Notes under the pieces: model-generated
Told to the model about the DNA's origin: nothing
Database searches by the model: none
The model's input: the letters and a program-made list of their open reading frames with translations, nothing else
Assembly: GCA_043228905.1 (NCBI GenBank)
Contig: JBHGNT010000017.1
Location: 3,534,001 to 3,598,000, forward strand
Length of the DNA stretch: 64,000 nucleotides
Source of the DNA: Azolla caroliniana
Lineage: Eukaryota; Plantae; Polypodiophyta
Direction: 5' to 3'
Position numbers and translations under genes: made by a program
Part shown: in pieces, positions 25,155 to 39,409 of the stretch
Layout: each line of letters opens with the position of its first letter
How positions within the stretch are numbered: position 1 is the stretch's first letter

Positions 25155-28100
25155 CCCATGTGGATTGTTGTGGGTTGTATTTTGTTGTATGTTGTATGTG
25201 TCTCTTTGCATAGTATAAACTTGTAGGTTTCGGCTTGACCCATTCGAACCCACATACCATTAAATGTCTACAAACTCTGTACGCGTTTTTGTGTTTTAAA
25301 AAAACCACGCATGACTTCTCTCCTCACGTCAGTCAACGAAGACCCTTTCCACATAAAAACCAAAGCCATTGAATAACTTGGGTGTCTCACACTTTTTTTT
25401 CCTCAGTCTCTCGATCAATCTCACACCTTTCTATACTTTCTTGATGGTTCACATGGTTTATGTGTCAGTTTCTCTTCTAGAATAACCTTTAAGTCTAACC
25501 CCCCTTTCTTAATCACCTTACGACTCATCATTACCCTTGATTTCGAGCATTCGATAAGATCTACCAAAAACTTTTAATAATACGCATAATTGTTCTCAGA
25601 GTCTTGAGAAATTAGAATAGCACGAAAAAAACTTAAAAATACATTTCCAACAAACAATATTCGAGAAGGGTGTAAAGAACACAAGTGTATATTATAATAC
25701 CCAGTAAATATTGAGCTTCGTGATGTAAATCTTTTCCCAAGCATAAATTGTGTGTGAATAATGTGTGAGTGAGCAAGCCAGCCTTTACAATCTTGCACAT
25801 GTTGTTGATGCTTCACAACATTCACACTTGCGTATGGAGGATGAGTTTTAGAAAGTATTTCATATCAAGGAACATGCTACAACTATAAGCATTTTACTAA
25901 AGCCTTGTCATAATGGGTAATTGCGCACACAATCACAAAAGATATTTCAAAGTCTTGTTTCTAGATTTGATGCTTGCTCAAAAACATAATGAAACTCTAA
26001 AAGCTCAAACACATTCAACATATCATCATGATCTTTGCGATTCTTTTGTTGAATGGAAGGTAAAAATTACAACAAAAGATTACAAAACATACTTTTATTT
26101 ATTTATCATGATTTATTAATAGCCAGGTGAGTAAAAGAATGCAGCGAATCAACTTTCACCATGCCCTGTTGTAGTTGTTATTTTGGCTATTCATTTGGGG
26201 GTTAAAGTCACGCATGCAACCTCATATAAAACTTATCATGATTATGTCCTCCTTGAATCATCACGATTTTTTATTCTTGAATAAACTAACAAGACTTGTA
26301 AGCAGGTTATGCTTTTACAATGTTTAGTGCACTAAATCAAAATGTGAAGCCATTGTCTTTATACTTACATCATACAGGAGAATTTAGACATACTTGACAA
26401 TCCAAGTTAGCAAAAAGTGTTTAGTTTATGAGATTTCTTGAAATAATCCAATAGTGAGGTGTTGGCTTCAAGTTTATAGCAATGGGTTTTGCATTGTGTT
26501 GCTGCAATAAGTCTTGAATCTTCATGTTTCTACTTTGAGATCATTGCACAATAAACTTCGCTCCTCTTTCCGAGTTCATATTCCACAATTGCAATTTTCT
26601 TGAATCTTCATATTTTCACTTGAATGTTAACAACTATGGGCCAACTCTTCAAGGATATATCGAGCATTAGGATATTGTAGGTTGATGCTCAAACCTATCA
26701 ATCAATAAATAAGTCATGCATTATTGTAGCAATGGACAAACAACTTAATTTCATGAACAACATGGCCCAAGCAAGACAACACGATGCTCAATAGTCAATA
26801 ACTCCTTTTCATATTGTACAATATCTTTGTTTTTAGGTGCGTCTGGGTTCTCTACCTAGAAATTCATATAAATTCTAAAAGCACCTTCGCATCTTAATTG
26901 TTAATATGTCCATTTAAATGAATTATTAAGTGATTGCGATGAAAGTTTTTAAAGGTATAGTATTGTAGCATTTGGATAATCCTATCTTGATGCTACTATG
27001 GTCGTTGCCTTATGTTGGTTGGAGTATCGAGAACTCAAAATATACACTTTCCACATATGTTCATGAAGAGTCTCTTTCATATTCTTCCACATGTGTCCGC
27101 AACCTTCCATAATATCACATTTATGACGTTAGAAAAAGAAGTACTCATCTACCCACATAACTCTGTCCATGAATTTCCATACGAGCATACCATTCACGGT
27201 CAAACAAAAAAGGATGATCCAAAAACTATGTAATTTAGGATACATATAATAAGAGGATTTGGACAAGGAAATTGAGCTCAACATAACAAAAAATTTAGAA
27301 CTAGTGTAAGAATGCATGCACTTTTGCAATGAAAATTCATATAATTTGATTAAGTGACCCCAAGTACATATGTATCAAAAGATTCAAAACTCACTAACCA
27401 ACTTGGTAAAAAGTCACGAAGGTGCATAGTTCAATTTCAATTCTTGGGGTGATTCGAGGATTCTGTCTGCCAAATTATACATTCTTTGAAAGACAAACAT
27501 GTAATAATATAAAGATTTTGTTCACATACTCGAGCAGAAAGAAATAACATTTTTCTTGGCTCCCAAATATGGCCTTAGAAATATAGGAGTTCCTTTTGAG
27601 TTCCAACATCAAAATTTTGTATGGAAACTCATTTACAAATGTTTATGAAAAGCTTAGCCAAATGCAAACTAGAGTTAAATGGGGAGTGAAAGAACAAACA
27701 TGGCGTTTTGTGGCAATTGGATGATGAAACTTTCGTCCACTTTTGTGGAAGCACTTTAAACTCAAGAAATGTTTTACTATGTGTTTATATCTAAAGATCA
27801 AGAGTTGGCCAAAAGAATATTTCTGGGAGGATCAATGGATGCATGCCAATCTCCAGGATCACTAGTCTACATGGGGCATAAAAACAAGAGACCAAGTCTT
27901 AAAAATTGATGTAATTGATGTGACTAGAAATATCATAACGAGCTTGAGAAAGAAGTATTGTGCTAAAATGCAAACTAACTTTGTTCGATTAGGGTTGTAG
28001 ATTGTAGTGTTGACCTACAAGTGTTATAGGTGATACTGTATACATATAGATTGGAAAACCCATGAGTCAGAGAATATGTTGTTTACTCATTAACCAAAAG

Positions 28101-28419
28101 CTGAAACATGGTGGTGGATATCCACGAAGATATCATTGACAAAATGATGAAGGTGAAGGAATGGGGAGCATGAGCGAAGTTGTTATGATAATATATAGAA
28201 TTCCATGATGGTTAAAAAAAAGGCCATTTAAATAGTTATGCAAAGATGCACCGATCATTTCACCAAAACTAAACCCTTTCATTGGAATACAATATGCCAC
28301 TTCGACCCAAGAAGAGATCATTTGAATAGTTTTATGAAATGCATTTTAGATCAGGCCCGATTTACCCAAGCCAGTGGTGTATAGACTAGGTTTAAAGTTA
28401 TTTGAATAATTAGTGACCA

Positions 28420-31400
28420 CAGTTGAGTTTCTAAGAGAGTGAGGAAGCATGCATAGAAGCACACATAAGAGAGACGACGGAGATCAGATCAACACGCGAA
28501 GAAGTGTGATGGCTGGAAGAGAGAGCTCTCTATTGATAGATAATGAACAATGATCTATGTATTAAAATAAGTGAAGATAGCTACAAGTGAACCCCCTAAC
28601 CATTATGTACCACCAAATAGGAGTATATTGTGTTACGTGTGTAATGTGGTTGGTTACATGGGGAAAAAATGCTCAAGCCAGCTATAGAGTAAAAAATGTC
28701 CTTGTCCAGGGAAACGGTTCACATGAAAACTAATGGAGGGAAACATAATTGTAACAAACCCCACATGGGCAAATGATGTTTGTGTATGCATGAAACACTG
28801 GGTTTCTCCAATATATGCATGATTCTCCAAGGTAAATGCATTTACCTCAAGTGGATACTCATGTATCTTTAAAAACCAGGCCAATCACTATCTGTAAAAG
28901 CATGTAAGCATGATCTAGCATCTCTACCATTAAAGAGACCCAAACTCAAAGTTCCTTTGAGATATCTAAATGTACGTGTTACCAGTAGCCAATGCGTAGT
29001 GTCAGGGTTATGCATCACTTGATTCAATTGGAAAACTGTGGGTCCGGCATTGTATTACATGCATATATTAAACATTCCACAACTTGCTAATAAAAAGAAG
29101 TATCAAATGCATCATTTGCATTGTCAAGGTTCCATGTCTTGAGATAGGCTGGCAATCCACAAATCCAAAATGCTGAAGTGGTTCCTCAATATACTTTGCT
29201 TGATGCTAAATGCAAGTGTTACCACTAGCCAATGCGTAGTGTCAGGGTTATGCATCAATTGATTCAATTGGAAAACTGCGGGTCCGGCATTGTATTACAT
29301 GCATATATTAAACATTCCACAACTTGCTAATAAAAAGAAGTATCAAATGCATCATTTGCATTGTCAAGGTTCCATATGTCTTGAGATAGGCTGGCAATCC
29401 ACAAATCCAAAATGCTGAAGTGGTTCCTCAATATACTTTGCTTGATGCACACAATTCCCCCATCAACGGATATAAACTGGATGCTAAGAGAATACTCCAA
29501 AAGATCAAGATATGTAACATCAAAATTATGCTGTTTTTTTTTCATGCCATGCATGTGAAGCTTGCTTAACTTCATACAAAGCTTTACACAGGCAGAAAAC
29601 CATATGCTTATGACCTTTCATGGAAAATCTAGGATGCCACTTCACATAGAACTTTTCCTTCAAATCATCATTCAAGAAAGTTATTTTTATATCCAATTGA
29701 TACATTGCCCAATTGATCCACGATGGGAAAGGTAGTGCAATCACAATACAAATAGCTGTCAAGCGTGAGGTAGGTGGAGATGTCTCCTCATAATCAATGC
29801 CATATTTTTGTGCAAACCATTTGTAACAAACTTGGCTTTATCGCCATCAATGCTATCATCTGACTTTCTTTTGACTGTATAAACCCACTTGGTACCAATG
29901 ACATTCTTACCTTTTGGCAAGTCGCATATTTGTCAAATACAAGTTTTTGGAGTAGAATCCTATCCCAATTGCATTACGCTCATCCAATTTGAATCATTAC
30001 ATGCATCTTCAAAAATGAGTTGCTCTTCATTACATGCAGTTACAATAAGAGATTCATCTACAAAGTCACTTGATGTATGGTGAGAGCTTCACTTTCTTCT
30101 ACCAAGGCACACTCAATTTGCTATCTTGCAACGTCTTTTGTAGCCATTTAACTATAGATTGTACATCCTTCAGAGAAGTGTTATTCTCATGTAATACATT
30201 ATCAGAATGTAAATAATTGGTGGACTGAAAATCGTGTTTATTTTCAGCCTTATGTGGCTGCAAATTTTCAACCATGTTGGGATGAAAATTCTCAGCTCCT
30301 TGAACTTCATTTGGATGGTTAACATGGCTATATTCAAGTGCACCACTTTGAAACAAAGGCTGATTGTTGGTTTAAGTTTACTATCAAGTAAAGAATAAGC
30401 TGAATTTTCAACAATTACCACATCTCAACTTATAATAATTTTATCCACCTATAGAGTGTATAATCAATAAGCTTTACTCTTACTATTATATCCAACAAAT
30501 ACACATCCCTTAGCCTCGTCATCAAGTTTATGATGTTGTTGTGACAGCACAACAGCCTATGCCAAATAACCAAATCTGTGCATATGACTAACCATTGACT
30601 TCTGCCCATTCCAAGCCTCAGAAGGTGTAATGACCCTCAACACTCTTGTAGGATAACGATTCAATACATTGTTTGCACACATGACTGCTTCCATCCAAAA
30701 CATTTATGAAAAATGCTTTCCTTTAACCACGCATCATGCCAATTCAAGAAGTGTTCTATTCCTGAACTTCACAGCACCATTTTGTTGAGATATATATGGC
30801 ACTGGACATTGGTGAGAAATACCTCTCTCAAACAGAAAAACATTGACTTCATGTAACATGTATTCACCACCATAATCCATATGAAGAGTCAAAAGCCTGT
30901 TGCAACAATAAATTTCAGCTAAAGCTAAAAATATCTTTAAAGTAAGAGGATACAACCAGATATATTGGTGTGGTGTGTTACATCATCATCAATAAAGGTA
31001 ACAAAGTATACATGCTTGCCAAAAGATGGGAGTTTTCACTGGACCACATACATCACTATGAACAAGTTGCAAGTTTTATGTAGAATGTGTAGTACCATCT
31101 TTGGGAAAAGAAGCATGATGCCTTTTTCGAAGCATACAATCTTCACATGCATGCTTTTCAAGGGAGTCTAAGTGTTGTCAAACCAATAACCATATCGTTC
31201 TTTTGCAACCAACAGTATGTGTATGTGTAAGACATTTGAGGCAACTCTCTTATATGTATCTGAATGATTTAAGCCACTGCATTATAGTGCCCCACACATC
31301 ACAGTACATCATCATTTCTGAAATCATGAACTATATACACTTTCTATCAACAACGTATACATGTAAAGTCCCAAACTAGCAATAGCAGAAACCAAAATAA

Positions 31401-32830
31401 AAAATTTCTTGATACCTGCTACATACAATGTGCATTCTTGACAGTAACAATCAGTTCTCCAACTCAATAATAGGATAAGAAGCACTGCGTGGTATAAAAT
31501 ATGTTCTCCTTTGGGTGCAAAGATGCAAAATATCTTTTGCAGGAAGCGATATGCTTTAATGCCCCACTGTGTATCAAAAAACCAACCAGAATCAGTCTCA
31601 CTATCAGCCATAAATGTAGAATGCGATGATGAATCATAATAATGACCTGTAACAACACATGCCCTTGCACATCTTGAGCAACATTAGCTTCATCATTCTT
31701 TGCATTAGACCTATTCTCAGCAACAGACGTTCGGGGGTTTTCTCTACTTTTTTACTACACTCTGTAAGATTTCTAAATTCATCAATGCAATGTCCACCTT
31801 TTGCCAGCACTTGCATCTCTGTTTCTTTTGCATATTGACATCAAGGGATGAAGAAGTGGGAAGAGGAAGATTGAGGCTTTGGTTTTGATAATAAAAAAAA
31901 CAAAGTTTGAACCATACTTGCTCTTTCCTTTTTGTGTAATGAATAGCAAGTGCTTCAATGTGCTTCCTCAAAACAAAACACAGCTATTTCACTCTTGATT
32001 GATCTTCTTGAAGAGATACAACCTCATCAGAATTATACATATTTGGATTTCCCCCTTAATATAATGTACAACCAAAGTGTAGTTGTAAAAGGGGAAATGA
32101 GTGAAGCATCCCGAATGATTTTCTCAATGTTTTGGCAAAATGCTTTTTCAATTCTTGATGCATCTAATATATACATCCACTGTTCCATTCCATTTTCAGA
32201 CATACATACATCCTTCAAGTTTCTTTTCTTAAGTTACGCAAAGCGTTCTTTCTTTACAAACTGCAATACAAAAAGAAGTGCCAAGATTTTGTATTTCAAA
32301 CATGACTTGAAGGAGTGCATTGAGCGGATGTGTGGAGCAAGCAATATGATGTGGCTTCATAGAGAGAGAAATCAATCAGTCCTTTCCATTCATCATTCCA
32401 CATTGATCCAAATGAAACAGGAATCAGTCCTTTCCATTCATCATTCCACACTGATCCAAATAAAATAGGTCATTGACATATATTAAACAGAACAATCAAA
32501 TATACTCAGAGTTTTAGATAGTTGTACATTCTACAAAAAAAATGATGTTATTAACAATCTAGCCTGAACAAACAAACCAAAGTTTGGACATTATTTTGCC
32601 CATTGCAAGGTCTCACCTTGGATCACATATCCAAATTTGTGTCTTTACTCTTCACATTAATACTCTTACATTGATGTTGATTCAAGCAGCAACCTATTCA
32701 ACATCGTCTAAAAAGCATCGAAACTTTTTGAAATTCATGTTTACCTTTTCTCATGCGATTGTTCAATTGTTACAATAGGTTGGCACTCATTGATGAGCTT
32801 CCAATCATGCGCTCATAATTTTAATCATTA
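28420..32830 (-). mobile_element. Heavily decayed Ty1/copia retrotransposon
   Basis: Copia domain order on the minus strand: gag remnants near 31.7-32.8 kb; integrase (MDYGGEY..F....GISHQ..VPY..QQNG....NRTLLE, 30734-30955); RT (KWVY..K, YQLDIK.TFLN.DLKE..YV, LCKALY.VKQA, 29500-29900); RNase H remnant near 28.7-28.9 kb. Ends approximate. Confidence 0.9.
28967..29448. repeat. ~240-bp tandem duplication within the copia RT
   Basis: acca(g/c)tagccaatgcgtagtgtcagggtt... occurs at 28981 and 29221, nearly identical through ...tactttgcttgatgc. Confidence 0.93.
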
Positions 32831-34493
32831 ATCGATTGATATCATTACTAGTCGATGTTCCCTAACTCTGGGCTATGGATATATGCCTCCTAGTACTCAA
32901 CTTTAGATATATTTATGATCATATTATCATCAATTACAACTTGTCAAGCCTCCAGGTAAAATAATGTGAATAAGAAGCACAACCACCAAATTTAGAGGAG
33001 TTCCATAGTGTTGATGTCTCAGAAAACAACAAGGTTCTTTCTCATGGTGTTTTTATATATTATGTATATATGTATTTATAAAATCTATGTGAATAAGAAC
33101 TTGCATGAATGGATACATACATAGGCATTCAACCATACGTGTTACATACATACATACATACATCAAATATCTTTGCAAATGATAGTAAATTACAAGAGGA
33201 ATATTAATACTGCAAGTTCTAGTTTGGAACCATAGGATGATGAAATTGGAGAGCAAGTAAGATTTTTTTTTCCATAAAAATATGCTCCATTGGTATTAAT
33301 AAAAAGCCAAAGGCAATATACAAATAGTACATAATACTGTTTCCTCTGCACAAATACATATTATCAAAAAACTACATTGTTGCCAATAACACCTTTGCTA
33401 ATAGAGCACAAAAGCAAGTAAGATTACATGCCAATGGTAGCATTACATAATAATTGAGGTGTCACATTTCTTCCACACATGATTCTAACGATTTTAGGAG
33501 GTGGGAATCCTCAATAATCATGACCCCCCCAACAACTTTTGTCGTTTTGCGTATGTATATGTGTGCGTTACCGAACCATAGTTTGCTACATCAAGGTATT
33601 GACATGATATTACGTACAAAAAAATTTGCTCTGTAAATGAACACAATCTAGAAATCTTGAAGACCGAAGTTTGGACACACTAATGCAATGATTCAATGAA
33701 GAGAAGCCGATATTCTAGTGACAATGAGTTTGCACTAAGTGTATAGAAACCAAAAAAGAAGAGATAAAATGATGATGGCAACATTGTTTGTAGTTCAAAT
33801 GTATGGTTACCAATGAGATTAGCGACAAATAGCATGCATATGAAGTGAGCCCCTATTGTCTTCATATATTGATGTCTAGTAGTGGTGAGTTAGTAGACAT
33901 AACAAAAAGCGGGGTTCATGCTTTGATTGTGATTAAAGGGAAGGCTTATCGACATGCTCATACTAAAGAGAGTGAATGAAAATGTCATGGGAACATGCTT
34001 TATTTGCGTGGTAGAGAAAGAAAGAGCATGCTCTAATTGTGATAGATAAGAGAGTCGTGAGGGCACTCTCGTAGTTTTTCATTTCGAAGCTTTTTCTTTC
34101 ACAAGAGAGTAGCTCCTAAAATTTTGGACCTTTAATCACGGAACATCTCGACAAGACGTAGACGCATTATAATCCAACAAGGAGGTCAAATGAGTTACAG
34201 TAAATCTAGGTAGGGGGGAGGGTGGGGGGAGGACCCAAGGGACTGAAAAAAGAAAATTGGGGGGAATGATATAAAGGATGGTGAAGAATGAAGGCGCCTA
34301 AGTAAAAAAAAAACATGACGAAAGAAAAGCTCCTTCTTTTCTCAATGAGGCCAATGGGTCTACTCGATACAAGAGTGTGCGCGTCCGAGGAAACAAAAGC
34401 AGAAGAAGAAGAAGAAGAAGAAGAAGAAGAAGATCAATGTGTGTGTAGTGTGAGTTGCATAGGCCTTAGCAACTAGTAGTGAGGTGGAGATGG

Positions 34494-34600
34494 TGTGCCA
34501 CGCGGGACAAGGAGAATGTGCCACGTAGGACAATGAGAATGTTGCCACGTAGGACAATGAGAATGTGCCACGTAAGACAGTGAGAATGTGCCACGTGGAA
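34494..34600. promoter_or_regulatory. Tandem array of 5 ~23-bp units, each with an ABRE/G-box-type core
   Basis: Unit gagaatgtGCCACGTaggacaat: four GCCACGT (= ACGTGGC on the minus strand), one of them a full CACGTG, plus one GCCACGCG. Lies about 270-370 bp upstream of the ATL ATG. Confidence 0.7.
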
Positions 34601-34736
34601 TATAGTATACATATATATATATGTATGTATATACATATGCGTGGGAATATTAATAGTTATTTATATATTTGTGTATTTATATATGTATAATACAAAATAA
34701 AATAGAGATATTTCAGTTCAGTATACGCGAAGTTCT

Positions 34737-34788
<52 letters not shown>

Positions 34789-34865
34789 AAAATCAATCAA
34801 TCAATCAGGCGAAATTCCTGTTCGTTCTCTCGCTCGCTCTCTCTCTATATCTCTCTGTGTCTGTG

Positions 34866-35555
34866 ATGGCGGCCATGGCGGCAGCAGCACCTGATGATGA
34901 GCACAGCCATGGGGCGGTCCCGCACAGGAGCTCGGTTTACACAGTGGCGGTGACCACGGCGCTGCTGCTGGCCCTGGTATGCGCGCTGGGCACGCATTTC
35001 ATCATAAAGTGCGTGGTGAGATTCATGGGACGGTTCAGAGCAGAGCAGGTGGACGAAAGAGGAGGAGGAGGAGGAGGAGGAGCAGGAAGCGATGGGGATG
35101 GCGATGGGCAGGATGGACAGGATGGACAGGATGGGTGGGGGAGAGAGAGGAGGAAGAAGGGTCCAGAATGTGTGGTGAAGTTGGGCGGACAAAAGAGTGG
35201 GGCGGCTAGTAGTGGTGTGGTCCTCCTAAAGATGTCCGCCTCTCCTTCTTCTTCTTCCCAATGCCCAATTTGCCTTTGTGAGTTGAAGCAAGGGGAGCGG
35301 GTTCGAGTCCTACCCACGTGCAACCACACTTTCCACCTCAAGTGTGTCGACACTTGGCTCTCCCGCCACACGTCGTGCCCCATGTGTCGGAGACACCTTA
35401 AACTCCCCCCTCCCCCTCCCGTCTTCCACTACGTCCGCCACCACCACCCCACACGATACCCCACCGCATTCCCACTCTCGTGCTTCGTCTGCGTGCCACC
35501 TCCTCCTCCTTCGCCGTCAATGCCGCCTTCGCCTCCCTCTCCTTCTCCTCCATAG
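34866..35555 (+). CDS. ATL-family RING-H2 E3 ubiquitin ligase (intronless)
   Basis: N-terminal TM helix ([23 protein letters not shown]), RING-H2 [38 protein letters not shown], Pro-rich tail. First ATG at 34866. Confidence 0.95.
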   Translation: MAAMAAAAPDDEHSHGAVPHRSSVYTVAVTTALLLALVCALGTHFIIKCVVRFMGRFRAEQVDERGGGGGGGAGSDGDGDGQDGQDGQDGWGRERRKKGPECVVKLGGQKSGAASSGVVLLKMSASPSSSSQCPICLCELKQGERVRVLPTCNHTFHLKCVDTWLSRHTSCPMCRRHLKLPPPPPVFHYVRHHHPTRYPTAFPLSCFVCVPPPPPSPSMPPSPPSPSPP

Positions 35556-38500
35556 TTTTAAGTGTAACTCAATTCTACTCCCAAGGGTCCCTCTTTGTTT
35601 CGGCCCTATGTTTGTACATATATCTAGCCTTCCTCCTCATTAAGAGACCACTTGTAATATTGATATATGCACGAATGTTTGTGTGTGTGTGTGTGTGTGC
35701 GCGCACACACGCACACACACTTCTATATGTGGAAGAGTGAAAGCAATTGGGTTTTAAGCTCGACCAGAGCCAAGAAACAGTGCCAACCCACATGTGCCAA
35801 GAATCTCTAGTCGAGAAACTGTTGTTTAGGAGACAACCCAAATGTGCCAAGAATCGGCTCTCTATGAGACAACCCACATGTTGTGTGCGAGAGGAGACAA
35901 TATTTTTAACAACCTCGAGAGTCCAACAAAAGCTTGGGATAGACAAGGTTCCTCAGGATATCTCAATGTCTTGAAAACTGGCTTTACGGAACCTGATAAA
36001 CAATGTCACACTAGTGTCTCTTCCACTTGTCTAGACGGTGGAACCACATGCGGCTCATGTATTTTGTTACAATCACTCCTAATCTTAAGGAAAGACCACA
36101 CATGCACTTAAGAGGTAACAAATTCTCTTAAGCACATATTTGTATACAACTTAGAGAACTTGTTGGAGGTTCATGCATTCTAGAGTTGATGGTGGAAACA
36201 TTGTTGGGTTAAAGATGCTACTCATCCTCGTTTCCTTGAATAGGAAAAAATGTACAAATGTAGTTTGCTTGATCTCACTGGTCCTTTCCAAACTCCATTC
36301 TCAAATTCAAGAGCATGATTATGATCGCAACGGAGGATAATTGTCATTTGTGTGAAATGCATTTAAGGGTCAAAAGATGTGGTTGGTGCATCTTGTCATT
36401 TCCTTGTAGATATTCCAACATATTGGTTTTATTTGAGTGTAGGTATTTCCAATTTGTTCCATTTGGTTGTCACCACATATATAAAGCATGAATTGATGTT
36501 TGTCACCACATCTCTAGCCACATTCCATCTTTGTAAATCATTTGGGTGTGTCACGGGCTCCGTGAGAAGAGAGGTTTTTGCTTTCATTTCTCAAATGCCA
36601 TGTGATAGTCAGTTTCAACTTTCATGTAAATGTCTAGATATTTTAAGATATAAATGCATTCATCCATAATCTTGTTGTGCACATTTACCCAAAACACTCA
36701 ACGATGCTCTCCGAGCTCATGTTCCATTTGATTGACATCGTGTTGACAATGGGTGTTCTTTCATCTTGCACGAAATGTAGACATGGTATTGGTTTGCTTG
36801 ATCATTACGTCAAACTTAACAACTTGACAATGGAAAACTTAGGTCTCCGCCTTAATGTATGGTTACATAGATAGAAGCCACCGTGAACACCCAAAAGCTA
36901 AAATATAAATAATAAGGGATTAAGCTTTTCATTTATGAAAACGGTTATTTATTCACATCCATTGACAGACATTGCAAGGTGCATGGTTTGTGCACTTATG
37001 CTCGAGTCCTTTTGGCATGTGAGATATGAATGTTTTGTACAATCTGAAGGCTTCTAGATAATAAATAAATAATTTATATTATATAGAAGAGAGGTTAAGA
37101 GAATATTGACACATGACAAAAGCATTATAGTAGTAGCATTAATTTTACTTTTACAATGATTAAGATACCTTGCTATATGTGATGGGATGTTGCGTGTGTT
37201 TATAATAAGTGCTCCAATAACTAGTGGTTGTTGATAGTTGGCTTCCTCTAACCCACTTTCGCTTTGTAGCATTATGTATCATTTTATAATTTATCGGTAA
37301 TGTTGTTGTGGATTGTATATCAACAACATGTCATTGATTTGAGAAATGGTGTTCTCATCATATCTCATGTGTTGATTAAAATTGCAAAATGACATTATTG
37401 CAGCCTAATGTGGTTGCAAAGATAAGATACGTAATGAATGTGACACATGAATGTTATACATATGTAACCATTACTACAATGATACATGTAAAACTTTTAG
37501 ATGGTCCATCATATACCTAGTTAAAGTGTAGCGAATGCCTCTTGTATAATATCTAAAATGTTAAATGTTGGGCGTTAGAACGTGACACTATGTTTGGATA
37601 TGCCTCAATTCCTTGGGTATATTTTGTTATCCTGCCCACTGTGGTCGTGATAGGTTTTACTTTCTTATCAAATCAATCTTCATGCGCTCTTACGACTTTT
37701 TCCGAATGTCACAAACGCACTTACGGGGTACCATTAAACAAGTCATCCCACCCACAAGTGTGCCCCCCTTCCTTTATCAACATTGTCTATTGAACCATGC
37801 TTTGCCTTCTTTTTTGGTTGAAGTCAAAGGAATGCAACAGATCATTCAATTATATATGGTGTTTGTCTCCTATGTTCCTAAGCTTGTATATATCCACATA
37901 GTGCAATATGATGACCATACCACTGATATCTCTTTGTTCCCTCCATTATATATCTAAACTTGTACAACTTGATATATGTTCATCACCTAGGTTAGGTGCC
38001 CACCCAATGGCTTTTTCAACCCCTTCAATTATGTCAACATGAGATAAACCCTTTACCCCACATCATGATCTTCTCCTACGGATGTACATTTGATCTTTGT
38101 GTTCCCTCTTGCTATCCTCAACCAGATTTCCCTTGTAAGTCTTTCCTATTTCACATCGACTACACTTACATCTTCCTATGTTGTGCACATGTTCTTTTAC
38201 ATCTCCATATATAGATAAATACAACCATCTACCTTTACAAGGATGCATGATACACATTTAAACCTATTGAATTTTTTTTATATTTAGATCCATCCAAGTC
38301 TCTTTGGTCTTACGAAAAGTACAACATTCATAATTATGCATTGAGCATGTTAGAAAATCCTAATGACAATCGTCTACTGTTTACACCACTTTACCATTCC
38401 TATTGGGAATTGCATTATCTTAGAAAGCTATTATGATGGTCACTATTTTAGAATGGAATTAAAACAATCATTTCAGAATTTCTATTGAGAGCTATAAAAC

Positions 38501-39409
38501 TAATAGCCAAAACTTAGAAAAGACACGTTAACCCAATTATTTAACTCCTATCACCCTATTGTGCAATCTTATTTTGGGGATCATATCTTTATGTAGATGT
38601 ATATTGCATACTTTGCCATTGAATTTCTTCATATTTGAATGATTCCATGTAAAGATTGCCTTTAATGACCTCAAGATGGTTTAATACCATGGAAGGATTA
38701 TCATAATATATTTTAAAGTTCATTGATTTATCAAGAAATAGGTATATATCATGCAAATATGGTTGTGTCAACATCACACGACGATGTATCAAACAAGTCT
38801 TGAACGGAATCGTATAAGCCAAACGAGAAAAGAAGAGGTACATCAAAGAATGATAATGTCAGCTATTTTAAGAAATTAGGAAACTTGAGCACGCATCAGA
38901 ATACCTAAGCCCCAAAAAATATGGATCATTAAAAAGATGTCAGACCTTCTAACAATGGGTACAATGAAAATGTTAACATATTTCATCAATAAATCGAACT
39001 CAGCTAGTATATTGAGAACATGCAATAAAAGCGCATTCGTGATTGCAGATTAGAATTATCGATTCTTAAACTTTTGTATTAAACCATGACTACTCTCATT
39101 ATTGATTTTAAGCAATGCCATTATTTCTTGTTATTGAAGCTGCAAAAGTTGCTAAGAAAACATTGAACGATTACAAATGATTCAAAGCTTTACAAGATTC
39201 TCTTCAAACCAGTAAAATCTAGTTACTGATATGTTTCCAAATTTAAGGCAAGAAACTTTCTTCTCAGCCAAATTGGTATCTCATTAACAATGAAATGGAA
39301 GATCGTAACCAAGATGATAAAACAATGAGATCTATGTTATCTTCTTCCGTCATCAAGCCGATAAGAGAAAGGAACTCTTTGCTCCTTTGATTATATCAGA
39401 TGGAAAAGT

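Noticed and set aside
25570-27950. Possible ancient DNA-transposon remnant
   Set aside because: TG/CA-rich decayed look, but I could not read any convincing transposase motif or termini.
34494-34600. CRISPR-like regular repeats (also 47571-47900)
   Set aside because: Units are directly tandem without unique spacers, the context is eukaryotic, and there are no cas genes.
36150-38290. Possible MULE/hAT transposase remnants
   Set aside because: Only vague similarity in broken frames; no supportable motif or TIR/TSD.
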